Assembly (NCBI GenBank): GCA_002189035.1
Contig: CM007989.1
Coordinates: forward strand, 372,001-436,000
Reading direction: 5' to 3'
Length of the DNA stretch: 64,000 nucleotides
DNA from: Utricularia gibba
Taxonomy: Eukaryota > Plantae > Magnoliophyta
Below the pieces are notes generated by a model that had not been told where the DNA came from, ran no database searches, and saw nothing but the letters and a program-made list of their open reading frames with translations. Positions 12,494 to 23,399 of this stretch are shown here, piece after piece. Positions within the stretch are counted from its first letter, which is position 1; every line of letters starts with the position of its first letter. Position numbers and translations under genes: made by a program.

Positions 12494-15400
12494 GAGCGGG
12501 AAAGAAAGAAAGAAAGAAAGGGCATCTTCACACCCGTCGTGATTCGCTACGGAGGTGAACACGGTGGGGACTACCCCTCCCCCCCAACTGCCGTTATTCA
12601 TTGATTGTGGGCCAGGAGAATCGACGGCTCAGATGCGATGTTTTACGCCGTGGGTTAAACGACAATCATGCTCTGCGTTTTACCTATGATTATTATTATG
12701 ATCATCATTATTATCTTTGAGTGGGCAGAATAATTGAGGAGGGCACCGCATGTGATAAGGAGCCATGGGCCCCGGACTGTCTGAAGTTGGCAAGAACGTG
12801 GGCTTTTATTGCAGGGGCCCAATTAGGAACCGCGGGGGCCCATCCCCCTACACCGTGACAACGCATAGGCATCTCTATCCACTCATCATACCTCCACCAA
12901 TCATGACGCAGGTGCAGCTACGCTATTTAAATTATATCATTCGTATATAAAAAAAATAAAACTCATTTTTTATCAATAAATAAATTTTTATTTTTGATGA
13001 TAAAAATATTTAATTTTGAGGTTAATTGATATTTTTGTTTTATATAATTATTAAAAAGATAAATTATTCATCATCAAATACATTGGTGACTTTCATTTAT
13101 AATCATTTGTAACGAGACATTATCGCCTTATATAATATTATCTATTGCGGTTATCCTATCTTCACAATTTTATATTTTATTTTTTTGAAAATTTTTTTTT
13201 TATGGAATATTAAAATTATATCTTCTTACTTTATACTTAGTTAATGTATTATACCATTACACAATTATTGATCTTATATTCTTCCCTTTTTAGAGTACTT
13301 TCATTTCATTATTGGTATGAGTTCAAGTTTGGCTCTAATATCAAATGTAACAATATACTCTCATCTTATATAATATTATTTAATTTTAATATCTAATTCA
13401 TATGATTTTATGTTATTCTCTTTTAAATAAAAAGTCTCATATAATATTAGAAGTATCTATCTATTTAAATACGTATCTTATTCCATATGTAATTAATATG
13501 AAATATTATTACAAAGTTTATGACCTTACATAATTGAACGTTCATAAATTATATCTTTTTTATAATTTCGATAATGAGTATTTGACTCGTTTAATATCTG
13601 TAACGAACTTCATAACCCTTTTGATTTCTTGATGTTGCTTGTACGGATATCTAAATCTTATGTTGATCTCAATGTGTGCGCATTGTGCTATCTCAACCTA
13701 TTTGACTGAGAAAACAGCTTAAAATACATGATTACAAAGAATACTGCTGTTCAGCACAGGAAGACTACCCTGGATCGTGAATTCCTGAAAGACGAGTGAC
13801 GAGTGTGTTTTCTTTTTTTTTTTTACAAGGCATCATGGAAGCTTCCGGGAGACTGCGGGGGTGTTGGTTGTAGCAGGGGAAACATGGGAACACAAAATGG
13901 TAGCTTTCGATGCGAATTGTTGGCACCAGCTACGGCGGAAAGGGAAGTCCATTGATTGGAGCTCATCGGGGAGTCACAGTTGCACCAACTCACCCCAAAT
14001 TTTGTCATTCACAGGCTCCTCCCTTGGACCACCGGCACAGCCACATCCAGAAGACAAACCCCCCAGTTTCGCCTTGCAAATTTCTCACCCTTCCCCACCC
14101 CAGTACCTATCTCCATAATGCATGCGTCGTCAATCCCCTGGTACCACTTGCCCTACCATCCTCGCATTTCTTATAGGCGTTGTAGACTCGGGGACTCTCG
14201 TTTTGGGGTAGAAACACACATACCTCTACACTACAAAACTCTTTTGATTACTAAACTATTGAAATTAAAGATTCGATGGATCGAACGATCACATTAAGAA
14301 TTGAGACACCGACAGGAAGGGAAGAATGAGCGTGTGGGGGTATGTATGTATGAATTTTAGGATCAAGAAGATCCGGGAGTGATGAGGATGTAATGCACAA
14401 GTTGATTGTGGTGGTGGACCGCTGCCCTGCAGCATTGAACCGGTGTCGGGGCGGGATATTTTGGACGACATTATTAATTAATTAATTATGTATTTATTAA
14501 ATTGGATTTTCACATTTTGGAAGAAAGGAACTCCTCCCCCGTCATGTCCCGCCAGCAAAGAACCCACTCCCATGTCATGTCCCCACTCCCCACACCAACA
14601 ATTAATTAATTAATTAATGAATTTTATTCCCGGAAAGTAAAAGGATGTTTATACGAATTCGATAATTTTGAGAGGAAAGGAACGAGGCGGCGGGCGGCAC
14701 CCGCACATTGTAATGAGGTGAATGGAAACGGGGGCAGCCGCACGTGGGTAGTACTCAACTGCCCGGGGCCCATCTCCATCAACAACAACTTATTTTTTAA
14801 TCACAAAAATAATCAAAATTTCGAAGATTAGTGCTTGTTAATGCCTTAATGGTCGTGTGTGTGTGTGTGACCATTTTGAAAAATGATCATTCTGTATTTT
14901 TATTTTTTATATATTAAATCAAAAAGATAATATTCAATATGACTATTTATATATTACTAAGAAAAGGCGGGGTCTCATGAACAAAACCAGTTAACCACAC
15001 AAAAGTTTCTGGTTTTGCCGGGCACCTAAACTGTTTCCATTGTATTGGATTTTTCTGAACCGGGTTGATGAAGTTGGGCCTTTATACCAGAAATGGGCCG
15101 GCCATTGGAATGGTGTGTCGTGGCATTTTGGGAATGCTTTGGGCTGGGTTGGGCGGGCCGACTTATAATGGAATTAATTAATGAATGGTGTCTTTGTTTG
15201 GCACCACGGGCGTCGTCGTACGCCGCCGTCTGAGTTCGATTGCTCTTCTACCTTCCTCCCCCAGGGATAGTCGCACCCGACGACGGCCGAGGTGATTGAT
15301 TGATTTCACACGGTTTGGAGTTTTACATTTGGTTGCATGTGTTTTCATAGGATGGATGCTTCTGGATACTCGCACCGATGATTTCCGCGTCTGTTTGCGG

Positions 15401-15714
15401 TGTATGCGCTATATTTGCATCTGGATGGTTTACCTTGCATTGGAGTATGCGTTTATTATGCGTGTAATGATGCCTCAATTTTTTTAACATTTAGGTGTGG
15501 GTTGCCTCTGGCTTCAAGGACTTGTTTACACCGAATGCGTTTCATATCGTGGGGGTTGTAGTCGGTGCATTGCATTGGCATCTTGATTTTTTTCCGGATC
15601 AGATAAATCAATTGGCAAGCTTGGACTTTCTTGCCCATCATCTGATTCAATCCCACCGGAATCTAATCATTTTTTGTTGTTGGGTTACTTGTGTGGATGT
15701 GATTCTCGCAGTCC

Positions 15715-17532
15715 ATGGTTTCCGGAGCTGTATCCCGCGATGCAGCTTCAAAGCTTGCGAGAACGGTTGAGCTGTTGCCTGTTTATCTAATCCCAAGTGA
15801 CTCTGCCCCCACAAAACTAACTGCTCACAGCGAGAGCAAGCTCCGGAAGAAGAAGTTCAAGAGAGAGGAGCCTTACAATGACGTCAACAGCGATGGTATG
15901 GAAAGACTTAATGAGATGCTACGATCCCAGCCTCTTCCTACCTCATCGTCGATCAATACTCTCCTGGGTAGCTTTGCCAAATCGAAGAATTACTCTGACT
16001 TGTTTGCTGCGTATGATAGAATGCTGGAAGTTAATTTTGTGCCTGATTACATTGGGTTGCATATTTTGCTCAACTGCTATTGCGAGCTGAAAAGGGTGGC
16101 TCTTGCGTTTGCGGTTGTTGGAGTGATTTTGAAAAGGGGCCATAAGCCAAATAATGTCACAATTGGATCTTTGATTAAAGGCTTATGTTTGGAAGGTAAA
16201 GCGGTTGATGCAGTTCAGCTGTTTAAGAAAATGCATACGATTGGATTATCTCCTAATGTTAACGTGTCGTCAATATTGATGAATGGCCTCTGCAGAACTG
16301 GGAATTCAGACATGGCACTTCTCTTGCATGAGGAAAATATGAATCAGGAAGGAGGACCTGGAGGTCGGTTCTATCCTAATAATATCTATTATGGTGGTTT
16401 CATTCATAACCTTTGTAAAGAGGGATCGGTTGCAAGGGCTAAGGAAATGTTTCTGGAAATGGAGAGTAAGAGAATTCCAGCTGATGTTGTTTGTTATGGA
16501 GCTCTGATTAATGGTTTTTGTAGAATGAATGAGTGGGAGCAGGCAATGGAGTTGTTTAACCAGATGGTGAACCGAGGCATCCGACCGAATGTTGTGACGT
16601 TTACTATTTTGATGGATTACTTATGCAAGATTGGAAAAACTAAGGAAGCAAGTGGATTATTGGATTTATTGATCAGAAAGGGCGGACGTCCTGATTCTAT
16701 CACTTTCAACACACTGATAGACGGCTACTGTTTGGAGGGCAGAACCAGAGATGCAAGGGAGCTGTTTTTGTCAATGGCTGCTAAGGGTTATGAGCGTAAT
16801 GTTCAGACCTACAACGTGTTGATAAATGGGTATTGCAAATGCCAAAGGATCGACAAGGCAAAGAATCTTTTGGAAGAAATGCTGCACAAGGAGATCAAGC
16901 CCACTGTTGTAACCTTCAACACTTTGTTAACAGGTTTGTTTGAAGGGGGCAAAGTTGAGGATGCACGTGATGTTTATTTGAATATGAAGGATCATGGCAT
17001 TGTTCCCAACTCTTTGACCTATAGCATCATGTTAGATGGTTTTTGCAAGAACAGCCGCCTGAAGGATGCAATGGACTTTTTCCAAACTCTTCAAGATTCA
17101 GGCTGTAAACTGGATACCACTCTTTGTAACTGCCTACTCGACGGACTGTGCAAGGCGGGTGAAATTGTTAAAGCCACTACAATGTTTGATAAGCTGCCGG
17201 AGATGGGTGTTGCAGCATGCCGATATACATACGGGATAATGATCAATGGGCTCTGCAAGGCTGGACAGCTGAAAGAAGCACATGATCTGTTCATACAAAT
17301 GGAAGCCAGAGGATGCCCTCCCGATGTAGTGGCCTTCAACACACTTATGCTGGGATTTCGAAATGCCGGCGATATTCCTAAAGTTATCGAGCTTCTGCGC
17401 ATGATGGCCGACAAAAAACATACACCAGATTCGTATACAATGAATATAGTGGTGGAGTTGATGCAGAAAGATGAAAACTGCTCGGAATTACTGGAGCTTA
17501 TTCCAAATTTTGTCACAGGGGGGAAAGGATGA
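15715..17532 (+). CDS. P-class pentatricopeptide repeat protein, restorer-of-fertility-like (RFL)
   Basis: Intronless 605-aa ORF with about 14-15 tandem 35-aa P motifs (e.g. DVVCYGALINGFCRMNEWEQAMELFNQMVNRGIRP). The first motifs (INTLLGSFAKSKNY; HILLNCYCELKRVALAFAVVGVILKRG) resemble RFL proteins. Confidence 0.9.
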   Translation: MVSGAVSRDAASKLARTVELLPVYLIPSDSAPTKLTAHSESKLRKKKFKREEPYNDVNSDGMERLNEMLRSQPLPTSSSINTLLGSFAKSKNYSDLFAAYDRMLEVNFVPDYIGLHILLNCYCELKRVALAFAVVGVILKRGHKPNNVTIGSLIKGLCLEGKAVDAVQLFKKMHTIGLSPNVNVSSILMNGLCRTGNSDMALLLHEENMNQEGGPGGRFYPNNIYYGGFIHNLCKEGSVARAKEMFLEMESKRIPADVVCYGALINGFCRMNEWEQAMELFNQMVNRGIRPNVVTFTILMDYLCKIGKTKEASGLLDLLIRKGGRPDSITFNTLIDGYCLEGRTRDARELFLSMAAKGYERNVQTYNVLINGYCKCQRIDKAKNLLEEMLHKEIKPTVVTFNTLLTGLFEGGKVEDARDVYLNMKDHGIVPNSLTYSIMLDGFCKNSRLKDAMDFFQTLQDSGCKLDTTLCNCLLDGLCKAGEIVKATTMFDKLPEMGVAACRYTYGIMINGLCKAGQLKEAHDLFIQMEARGCPPDVVAFNTLMLGFRNAGDIPKVIELLRMMADKKHTPDSYTMNIVVELMQKDENCSELLELIPNFVTGGKG

Positions 17533-17756
17533 AACCCGGGAGGATCGGGTAATTATAACTGGATCCTAGTTCACTTTAGCATAATTTCTGTGCTAAATTT
17601 GTTGTTTTTTCATACAGACGCTCGCATGTTTGAGATGAAGGGATCCGCAGCTCAACAATATCTCTGTATAAATTACATGCTCCCAACTCTGGAAGGTAAA
17701 TGGATGCGGGAGTTTTTTAGTACTGATCTCTATGTTTGACAAGCTGAACGCTTACT

Positions 17757-19261
17757 TCACAACCGGATCTCAGGCCGGAGGTTTTGCTGCTTGCTCATTT
17801 GATGAAGCGCAGTTGTGACTTTCTCAGCTGCTTCTGCGTAAGCACAGGAGATGGCACAGTCAGGCTTTGATGTTACTATGGGCATGCCTTCATCACCACC
17901 ACTTCTTATCTCTGTCTCCAGGGGTATCTTAATGGATCAAGAAAACAGCATATCAGTACCAGTGATGCATGTACAATTGTGAAGAGGGGAGAGTTCGAAG
18001 AGATGGCCTTACCTCACCGAGAAACCTCACTCCCATTTCATCAGCTGTCCTTTGGGCTCCTCCCTTGCCAAAAATGTAATACGGCTCTGAACAGTTGGGG
18101 CATCTGAAGTAGCTCATATTCTCCAGGATCCCCAGAATCTGTAATCCAATGTGAGGAGCATGAACGATTCACATGAATGAATGATTTGGTTGATTTGCAC
18201 ATCTATACCGGTACATTGACTTGTGAGAACATTCTAATGCCTCTTCGAGCGTCTATCAATGCAACATCTTGCGGAGTTGAAACAATCACTGCCCCTGAAA
18301 TGCGAATAGACCAACAGTTGAGATACAACAACAATCCCTTCTGATAAGCAGAATATGGTGACGAAACAGAGCACGGGAGGCATTACAACCTGAAAGGTGT
18401 AACCTCTGAGATATGGAGATCTGGGCATCGCCTGTGCCAGGTGGCATGTCAACCAGAAGAATATCTAAGACACCCCATTGCACTCCTCTAGTCATCTGTT
18501 CGAGTGCCTTCATAACCTGCAACAGTATGCAAATAACAAGCTGCATCCTTCTCTCTTCAAAGGAAAATTTTCAATCAACTATGGATAAAAGAGTACATAT
18601 TTCATCATCAACCTTCTTGAAAACTAAACAATTAAATGCAGAAAAATAATCAATCAAGACTTGCCATAGGACCTCTCCACACAATGGCTTCACCTTGAGC
18701 TACAAGAGAGCCCATAGACATACACTTGACTCCATAACTCTCAATTGGAATGATTTTCTTATCTGCAGAAACGCAAAGATTTATAAAAAGCTCTTCGTTT
18801 TTTAAAAAAAAGGGTTCCTTCAATTCACCACACCTGCACTCACTTCAGGCTTTCCCTTGAGATTCATCATCATCTGAATTGATGGGCCATAAACATCAGC
18901 ATCCAGTAGTCCGACCCTCAAATTGTACTTCCTCGCCAGTGAAACCGCCAAATTCACTGAAAATTCACAAATCAAGGTTTGCAAATCCACCCCGTCTCAG
19001 AATTTATCATTACCAGCTGTTGTGGACTTGCCCACGCCGCCTTTCCCAGAAGCAACAGCAATAATGTCCTTAATCCCTTCAATTTCAAGACTTTTCGAGG
19101 CGAGACCCCTCGTCGCTTGAAGCTTCCATAAGAAATCACAAAGCAGTCCACCAGTAAGATGCAATGCAAAAGAGGCGAATGTTTCACCTTTGTGCCACAT
19201 TTAAGAAGAAAAAGAAACTTACGCGAAAAACACTCAGACGCCGAACTGAACTCAGAATCAT
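17757..19261 (-). CDS. INDL: Mitochondrial Fe-S assembly P-loop ATPase for complex I (IND1-like, Mrp/NBP35 family)
   Basis: [13 protein letters not shown] presequence-like exon; [22 protein letters not shown]; [12 protein letters not shown]; AIVWRGPM|VMKALEQM; [10 protein letters not shown]; [17 protein letters not shown]; [14 protein letters not shown]. Seven exons, one intron GC-AG. Confidence 0.93.
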
Positions 19262-20296
19262 TTAGCCGCAACCCCTGCTCTCAGCGATCAACAAACGCCG
19301 GAGCCCTTCCGCGATCCAAAATCCAAAGCGCAGAAGTCCGATGCGACGGAGATTTATAAGTTCAACCGTGAGAACTGAGAAAGCACGAACTGACGCCGGC
19401 CCAATCGGACAATAAAGTACATTTACATTTGGGCCAACAGCCCATCTGCCATTGGGACCAAGATTCTGTCTTCATCATTTCCCAACGGATTGTCCGCTGC
19501 GTTGCCGTAGTGGTGGGGTTGAATTATTTTAGGTAATAATAAATTATTAATCTAAAAGAGAAGGAAATGAAATATGATTTAATTATAATCTAATTATAAA
19601 TTTTGAAATAATAATTTATTTTTTTATAATGAAAAACATAAATAAATTTTTTTAATAAAATAAAACGATTCAATCACGATTTAAATCATGTTCAAATCGT
19701 TCAAATTACAAACTATCGGTATAAAAGAAATTTGGTTTTTTAATTATTTAAAATATTTGTTAAATTATTCGAACTTTATTATCTAATTTAAAGATTCTGT
19801 TAATTATATGTAATTATGCGCGTACGGACATATGATATTTATATTTTATTAAAATTACGTGAAAGTGATAGCCGTGGGCTCTATAAAATAATGTAATATT
19901 CTGGATGGGGAAAAAAGAAGAGAAAATGAAATGAAACCTGCATGGGGATAGAGAGGAGAAGCTGCCATTCTTGAATCTCAGTTGTCTCCGACGGTCATTC
20001 AATTTCCTGGGGACCAACCCTGATTTGCATGATCCTAATTTATTGCCCACATTCCCCATTACATCTCCGGCGGCCGTTGATCTTTTTTTCATGATTGGCG
20101 AGGTACATTTTGGCTCCAAGAATTACCCCTTTTCGCGAATTGATTTTGGGGATTATTTAGCAAAACAGATTCAGGGCTTTTTTCGAATTGCTCGCCTAGT
20201 GTTTGTGAAAATGTGAATGAAGTTTCTCTTGATGTCGATCAAAACGTGCCTGTGTTTCCACAGCTAGAGTTTTTCTGTGATTGATGATCACGTACC

Positions 20297-22724
20297 ATGG
20301 CTAGGAAAGTATCATCTATGAGAGGAAAACCAAGGGGGGTTTTTGGCATTTTATCAGCTGCGACATGCGAATGGTTCCTAATGTTCATGCTGTTTATTGA
20401 TGGGGCGTTGTATTATTTCGCCATAAGATTTGCCGAGTTCTGTGAACTACAGACACCCTGTATGTTGTGCTCAAGGCTAGTGAAGACCAGGAATGGTTGT
20501 TGGTGGAGTTGGCTTTGTGATGATCACCGGGAAGAGTTATCTTCTTCTGTTTCTTGCCCCCTTCATTATAAATTTGCTGATGCGAGTGGGATGTGTGATG
20601 AATGTCTGACACCGATCGTGTCCAAGAGAAGCTCAAGCCCTCCTGAATCGTATGTACTTCTTGTGGGAAAATCATGGGTGGATGTTGATAAAAGTGCTGT
20701 ACAGACCTTGATGATGAACAAGAGCATACGTTTCTGCAGCTCAGGGCAGAGAGCATGTTGTTGTTGTGGGAAGAAAAGGATATTTAGAACAAGATCCAAT
20801 GCAGAAAAATTGCTTGAACTTGATACCATTGGCCTTGGGGCTTCCAAGGCTAATATGAAGCCACCTCTGCCTCGTGCTCCAGTTCGTAGTCGGTTCAGTC
20901 GAAGAGATGGAATTAGAAGGCCAAAGGATAAGTTCACAGGGCCAGTAAATCCACAGGATTCACTTTCTCATGCAGGGTACACGAAACTGAAAGTCTCATC
21001 AGATACTGAACCAGATTTCCTCTACTCAGAGGAAGAGGGGGCTCGGAGTAGAGACTTTTGTCACAAAAACTTCAGCGAAGAAGCCAAGAATATGACAAAA
21101 AGAGCACTAGAGAAGTTGCCAGTAGCAAACAATGATACTCGTGATCATGAAGCGATACCACCACCACTGCTTCTTGATCAACCTAATCTTCATGTATTGA
21201 CCGAGGCAAAGAATGAAAAATGCCTTTCATTTAACAGCACCATGGAGCAAATTTTTGTAAACTTCAAATGGGAAGATTTCACCAGTGAGGCAGCTGATCT
21301 CATTTCTTTGGTCGATAGCTCACATCAACCGGAGGTTGAACAAACATCGTCTGGTGCTATGCCAGATACTTGTATCCCTCAAGTTCATGCCATTTCTATA
21401 CTTTCTGAATTCCTTTCTCTCTGTGCAACCCCAAAAAAGAGTAGGTCCAGTTACTCATATACGTCGGTTTATCAAGGATGTTTTTTTTCTAATATGGTGT
21501 AGCTCCTTTGATGCAGATGACTCAGATGCAGCTGCATCTAGTAACTTAGACGCTGCTACGGGTGATTCCTCGCAGTTGAATGACTCCTTTGATGCAGATG
21601 ACTCAGATGCAGCTGCATCTAGTAACTTAGACGCTGCTACGGGTGATTCCTCGCAGTTGAATGATGTGAAGCACATGGCTATGGATTCTCAGGTGATCAA
21701 TGCCTCTGATTCTGATAACCCTGGAAATAGTTCGAACTCCACATTGGATTCGACGGCTTGTGATGCAGGTGTATCATGTAAGGATACTAGTAAGAAAGAT
21801 GAGGAGTTGAAAGAAGCTGAGGATCACAGTTCAAATATGCATCCTCTCACAACGTCTCTGAAAAATGATCCTGGAATTGAATCTTGGGATGGATTAACTT
21901 TGAGCCCTGTTGAGGGTGAAACTATCATCGATAGATTCAAGCGACAGATTGAGCATGACCAGAACTGCATGAATTCATTATACAAGGAACTTGAAGAAGA
22001 GCGAAACGCTGCAGCTATTGCAGCGAACCAAGCAATGGCAATGATAACAAGATTGCAGGAGGAGAAGGCAGGCCTTCAGATGGAGGCCCTGCAATACTTA
22101 CGAATGATGGAGGAACAGGCAGAGTACGATATGGAGGCACTGCAGAGAGCAAATGATCTGTTGGCTGAAAAAGAGAAGGAAATCCAAGACATGGAATATG
22201 AGTTAGAGTTCTACAGGAACAACCTTCCTGATGAACATGAAATTGCAAATATTGGCTTGGCCGCACAGACTGAAGGCATTCCTAGTACTTCCGGCAATCC
22301 CAAAGCTCCGGATTCAGCACCATCCAACTTCAATCAAAACCAAACTAGTTGTTCTATTTCAAGTTTGGAGGCAGAAAAGCAATCCATTTCCAAATCCTTG
22401 AACAACTTGGAGAGAATGATCCATCAAGCTTACCATGACGGAAACTTGAATATGGAGAATCCAACCAACGGCAATGAGAATGGGATGGTTGATGACGATC
22501 AAACAGACAGCTCTAATCAGCATAGCCACAGAGCAGCAGAAGCTGCACCATTTGAGAGGCAAATTGCAGAGCTTAGAGATCAGTTGGAAGCTCTTGAAAG
22601 TGACATAAGTTTACTGATGCACACCTGTGAATTGCTTCAAAACGGAGTAGAGGGATTAGAACTAGTTCAGGAAATAGCGCAGCATCTACAAGAGCTGAAG
22701 AAAATGGAAATCAAGAACCGATGA
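20297..22724 (+). CDS. MyoB: Myosin-binding protein (MyoB; DUF593/GTD-binding domain)
   Basis: N-terminal TM plus CEWFLMF...FAEFCELQTPCMLCSRL and Cys/His motifs. C-terminal YKELEEERNAAAIAANQAMAMITRLQEEKAGLQMEALQYLRMMEEQAEYD. The two ORFs are joined by an inferred intron 21441-21516 (gtaggt...ctaat...gcag). Confidence 0.9.
21503..21664. repeat. Perfect 81-bp tandem duplication (two copies) across the MyoB intron/exon 2 boundary
   Basis: ctcctttgatgcagatgactcag...cagttgaatga at 21503-21583 and 21584-21664, identical; encodes SFDADDSDAAASSNLDAATGDSSQLND twice. Confidence 0.95.
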
Positions 22725-23399
22725 CGGCTAGAAGGAGCAATTGCAGGGAACCATGATGCCCTTTGCCTGTAAAAACTTGTTTTCAGCACAGAGGACCAAG
22801 AAGAAGAGCTTGATATTTTGAAAAGATACCAAATCGTGTAATACTGTTAACGACCGTTAAACTGAATTACCTCCCATAAATCGAATTACTAAAAGTGAAA
22901 AAAAAAAATTACCGCAAAAAGTGGCAGTAAAAAAAAAAGGAAAAAAAGAGGAAGAGGCGTAGAAGAAGAATATATCTGTTTCTCTATCTTCGTCTTCTTC
23001 TTATTCAGATCCGAAGCACATTGTAGGTCACATGATAAAGATTCACCAACTCGTATGTAGTTTCAGGTAATTTGCGTGGCGAATACCTGCGGGACATGCG
23101 ACTAATCTGCTCTTCACCGGTGCCCTTTCATTTTCCCCCTTTCTTTGTTGTTTGATTTCTGGGTGACGACGGACGCCGCTTGAAATAGAGGGTTTGTTTT
23201 TGTTTTAGCGTCTCGGTGACAGTTGACTGTGATTAAGGGCAGTGATGTGTGTGTTGATTGTTATTCAGTTTTTGCTTTTGTTTGGAATTTAATCTTTTAT
23301 GTCATGGGTTGTATTCTAAAGTGGCTTCGATGTGTTTTTAGGTGATTATTCGGTGTCTTTTCTGTTTCAAGGCTTTGGGAGTCTGCGCTATTTGCAGAA

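Noticed and set aside
13874-13894. 17/21 match to the complement of miR398 as I recall it, with a loosely similar arm near 14003-14025
   Set aside because: Pairing between the arms has about six mismatches plus a bulge, there is no intact mature miR398, and a match of this level is expected by chance across many miRNA families.
13823-14008. Minus-strand ORF ending PTPPQSPGSFH, faintly CEP-like
   Set aside because: No signal peptide, and the motif is the wrong length and lacks the CEP GxGH end.
17091-17516. Antisense ORFs inside the PPR gene (similar ones lie inside CML, GH9, NAC, RIC and the LRR gene)
   Set aside because: Shadow ORFs of real coding sequence on the opposite strand or another frame.
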